The position numbers were made by a program, and so were the translations under genes. A DNA stretch of 64,000 nt from Trueperaceae bacterium (GTDB lineage Bacteria; Deinococcota; Deinococci; Deinococcales; Trueperaceae). The notes under the pieces are model-generated. The model had not been told where the DNA came from and made no database searches. It saw only the letters and a list, made by a program, of their open reading frames with translations. This document shows positions 60,247 through 64,000 of the stretch, one piece after another; positions within the stretch are counted from its first letter, which is position 1, and each line of letters starts with the position of its first letter. The DNA lies in assembly GCA_965213925.1 (NCBI GenBank), contig OZ243927.1, positions 256,001-320,000 on the forward strand, read 5' to 3'.

Positions 60247-60322
60247 CGAGCAATGAGCAACGAGTTGAAAGTAAAACCCTAAAGATTTGTACTCATTGCT
60301 CATTGCTTTTAACTCATTGCTC
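60247..60322. repeat. Heptamer inverted-repeat cluster between metF and metH
   Basis: GAGCAATGAGCAACGAG...CTCATTGCTCATTGCTTTTAACTCATTGCTC. Confidence 0.7.
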
Positions 60323-60337
60323 CAGACGCTCAACCTC

Positions 60338-64000
<3,663 letters not shown>

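Overview
This window looks like a GC-rich Deinococcota chromosome, probably Trueperaceae-like. That is an inference from the many leaderless TAnnnT-N5-8-start promoters, frequent CTCGAG and Deinococcus-style small repeats. Core genes: pheS-pheT (pheT partial), an M29 aminopeptidase, a Na+/H+ antiporter, a polyamine/GABA catabolic operon with divergent potBC, a DinG/XPD-like helicase, speD-speE, a frameshifted recQ, MFS transporters, an Opp-type ABC system, TerC, and SAM-I riboswitch-metF-metH (metH partial). Accessory parts: a repeat-punctuated toxin-antitoxin array (6.9-9.6 kb), a ~13 kb island (26.3-39.5 kb), a solo T4 Rnl1-like RNA ligase and several small repeat families. The best finding is a group II twintron. 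An intact IIA intron (34735-37170; RT/maturase/HNH) sits inside catalytic domain V of an ORF-less group II intron, and its candidate EBS1/EBS2 are complementary to that domain V, so it appears programmed to invade other group II introns. Also notable: a leader-peptide attenuator before a TetA(P)-like MFS gene, one repeat subtype in front of three polyamine genes, and strand-symmetric C depletion flanking accessory insertions.
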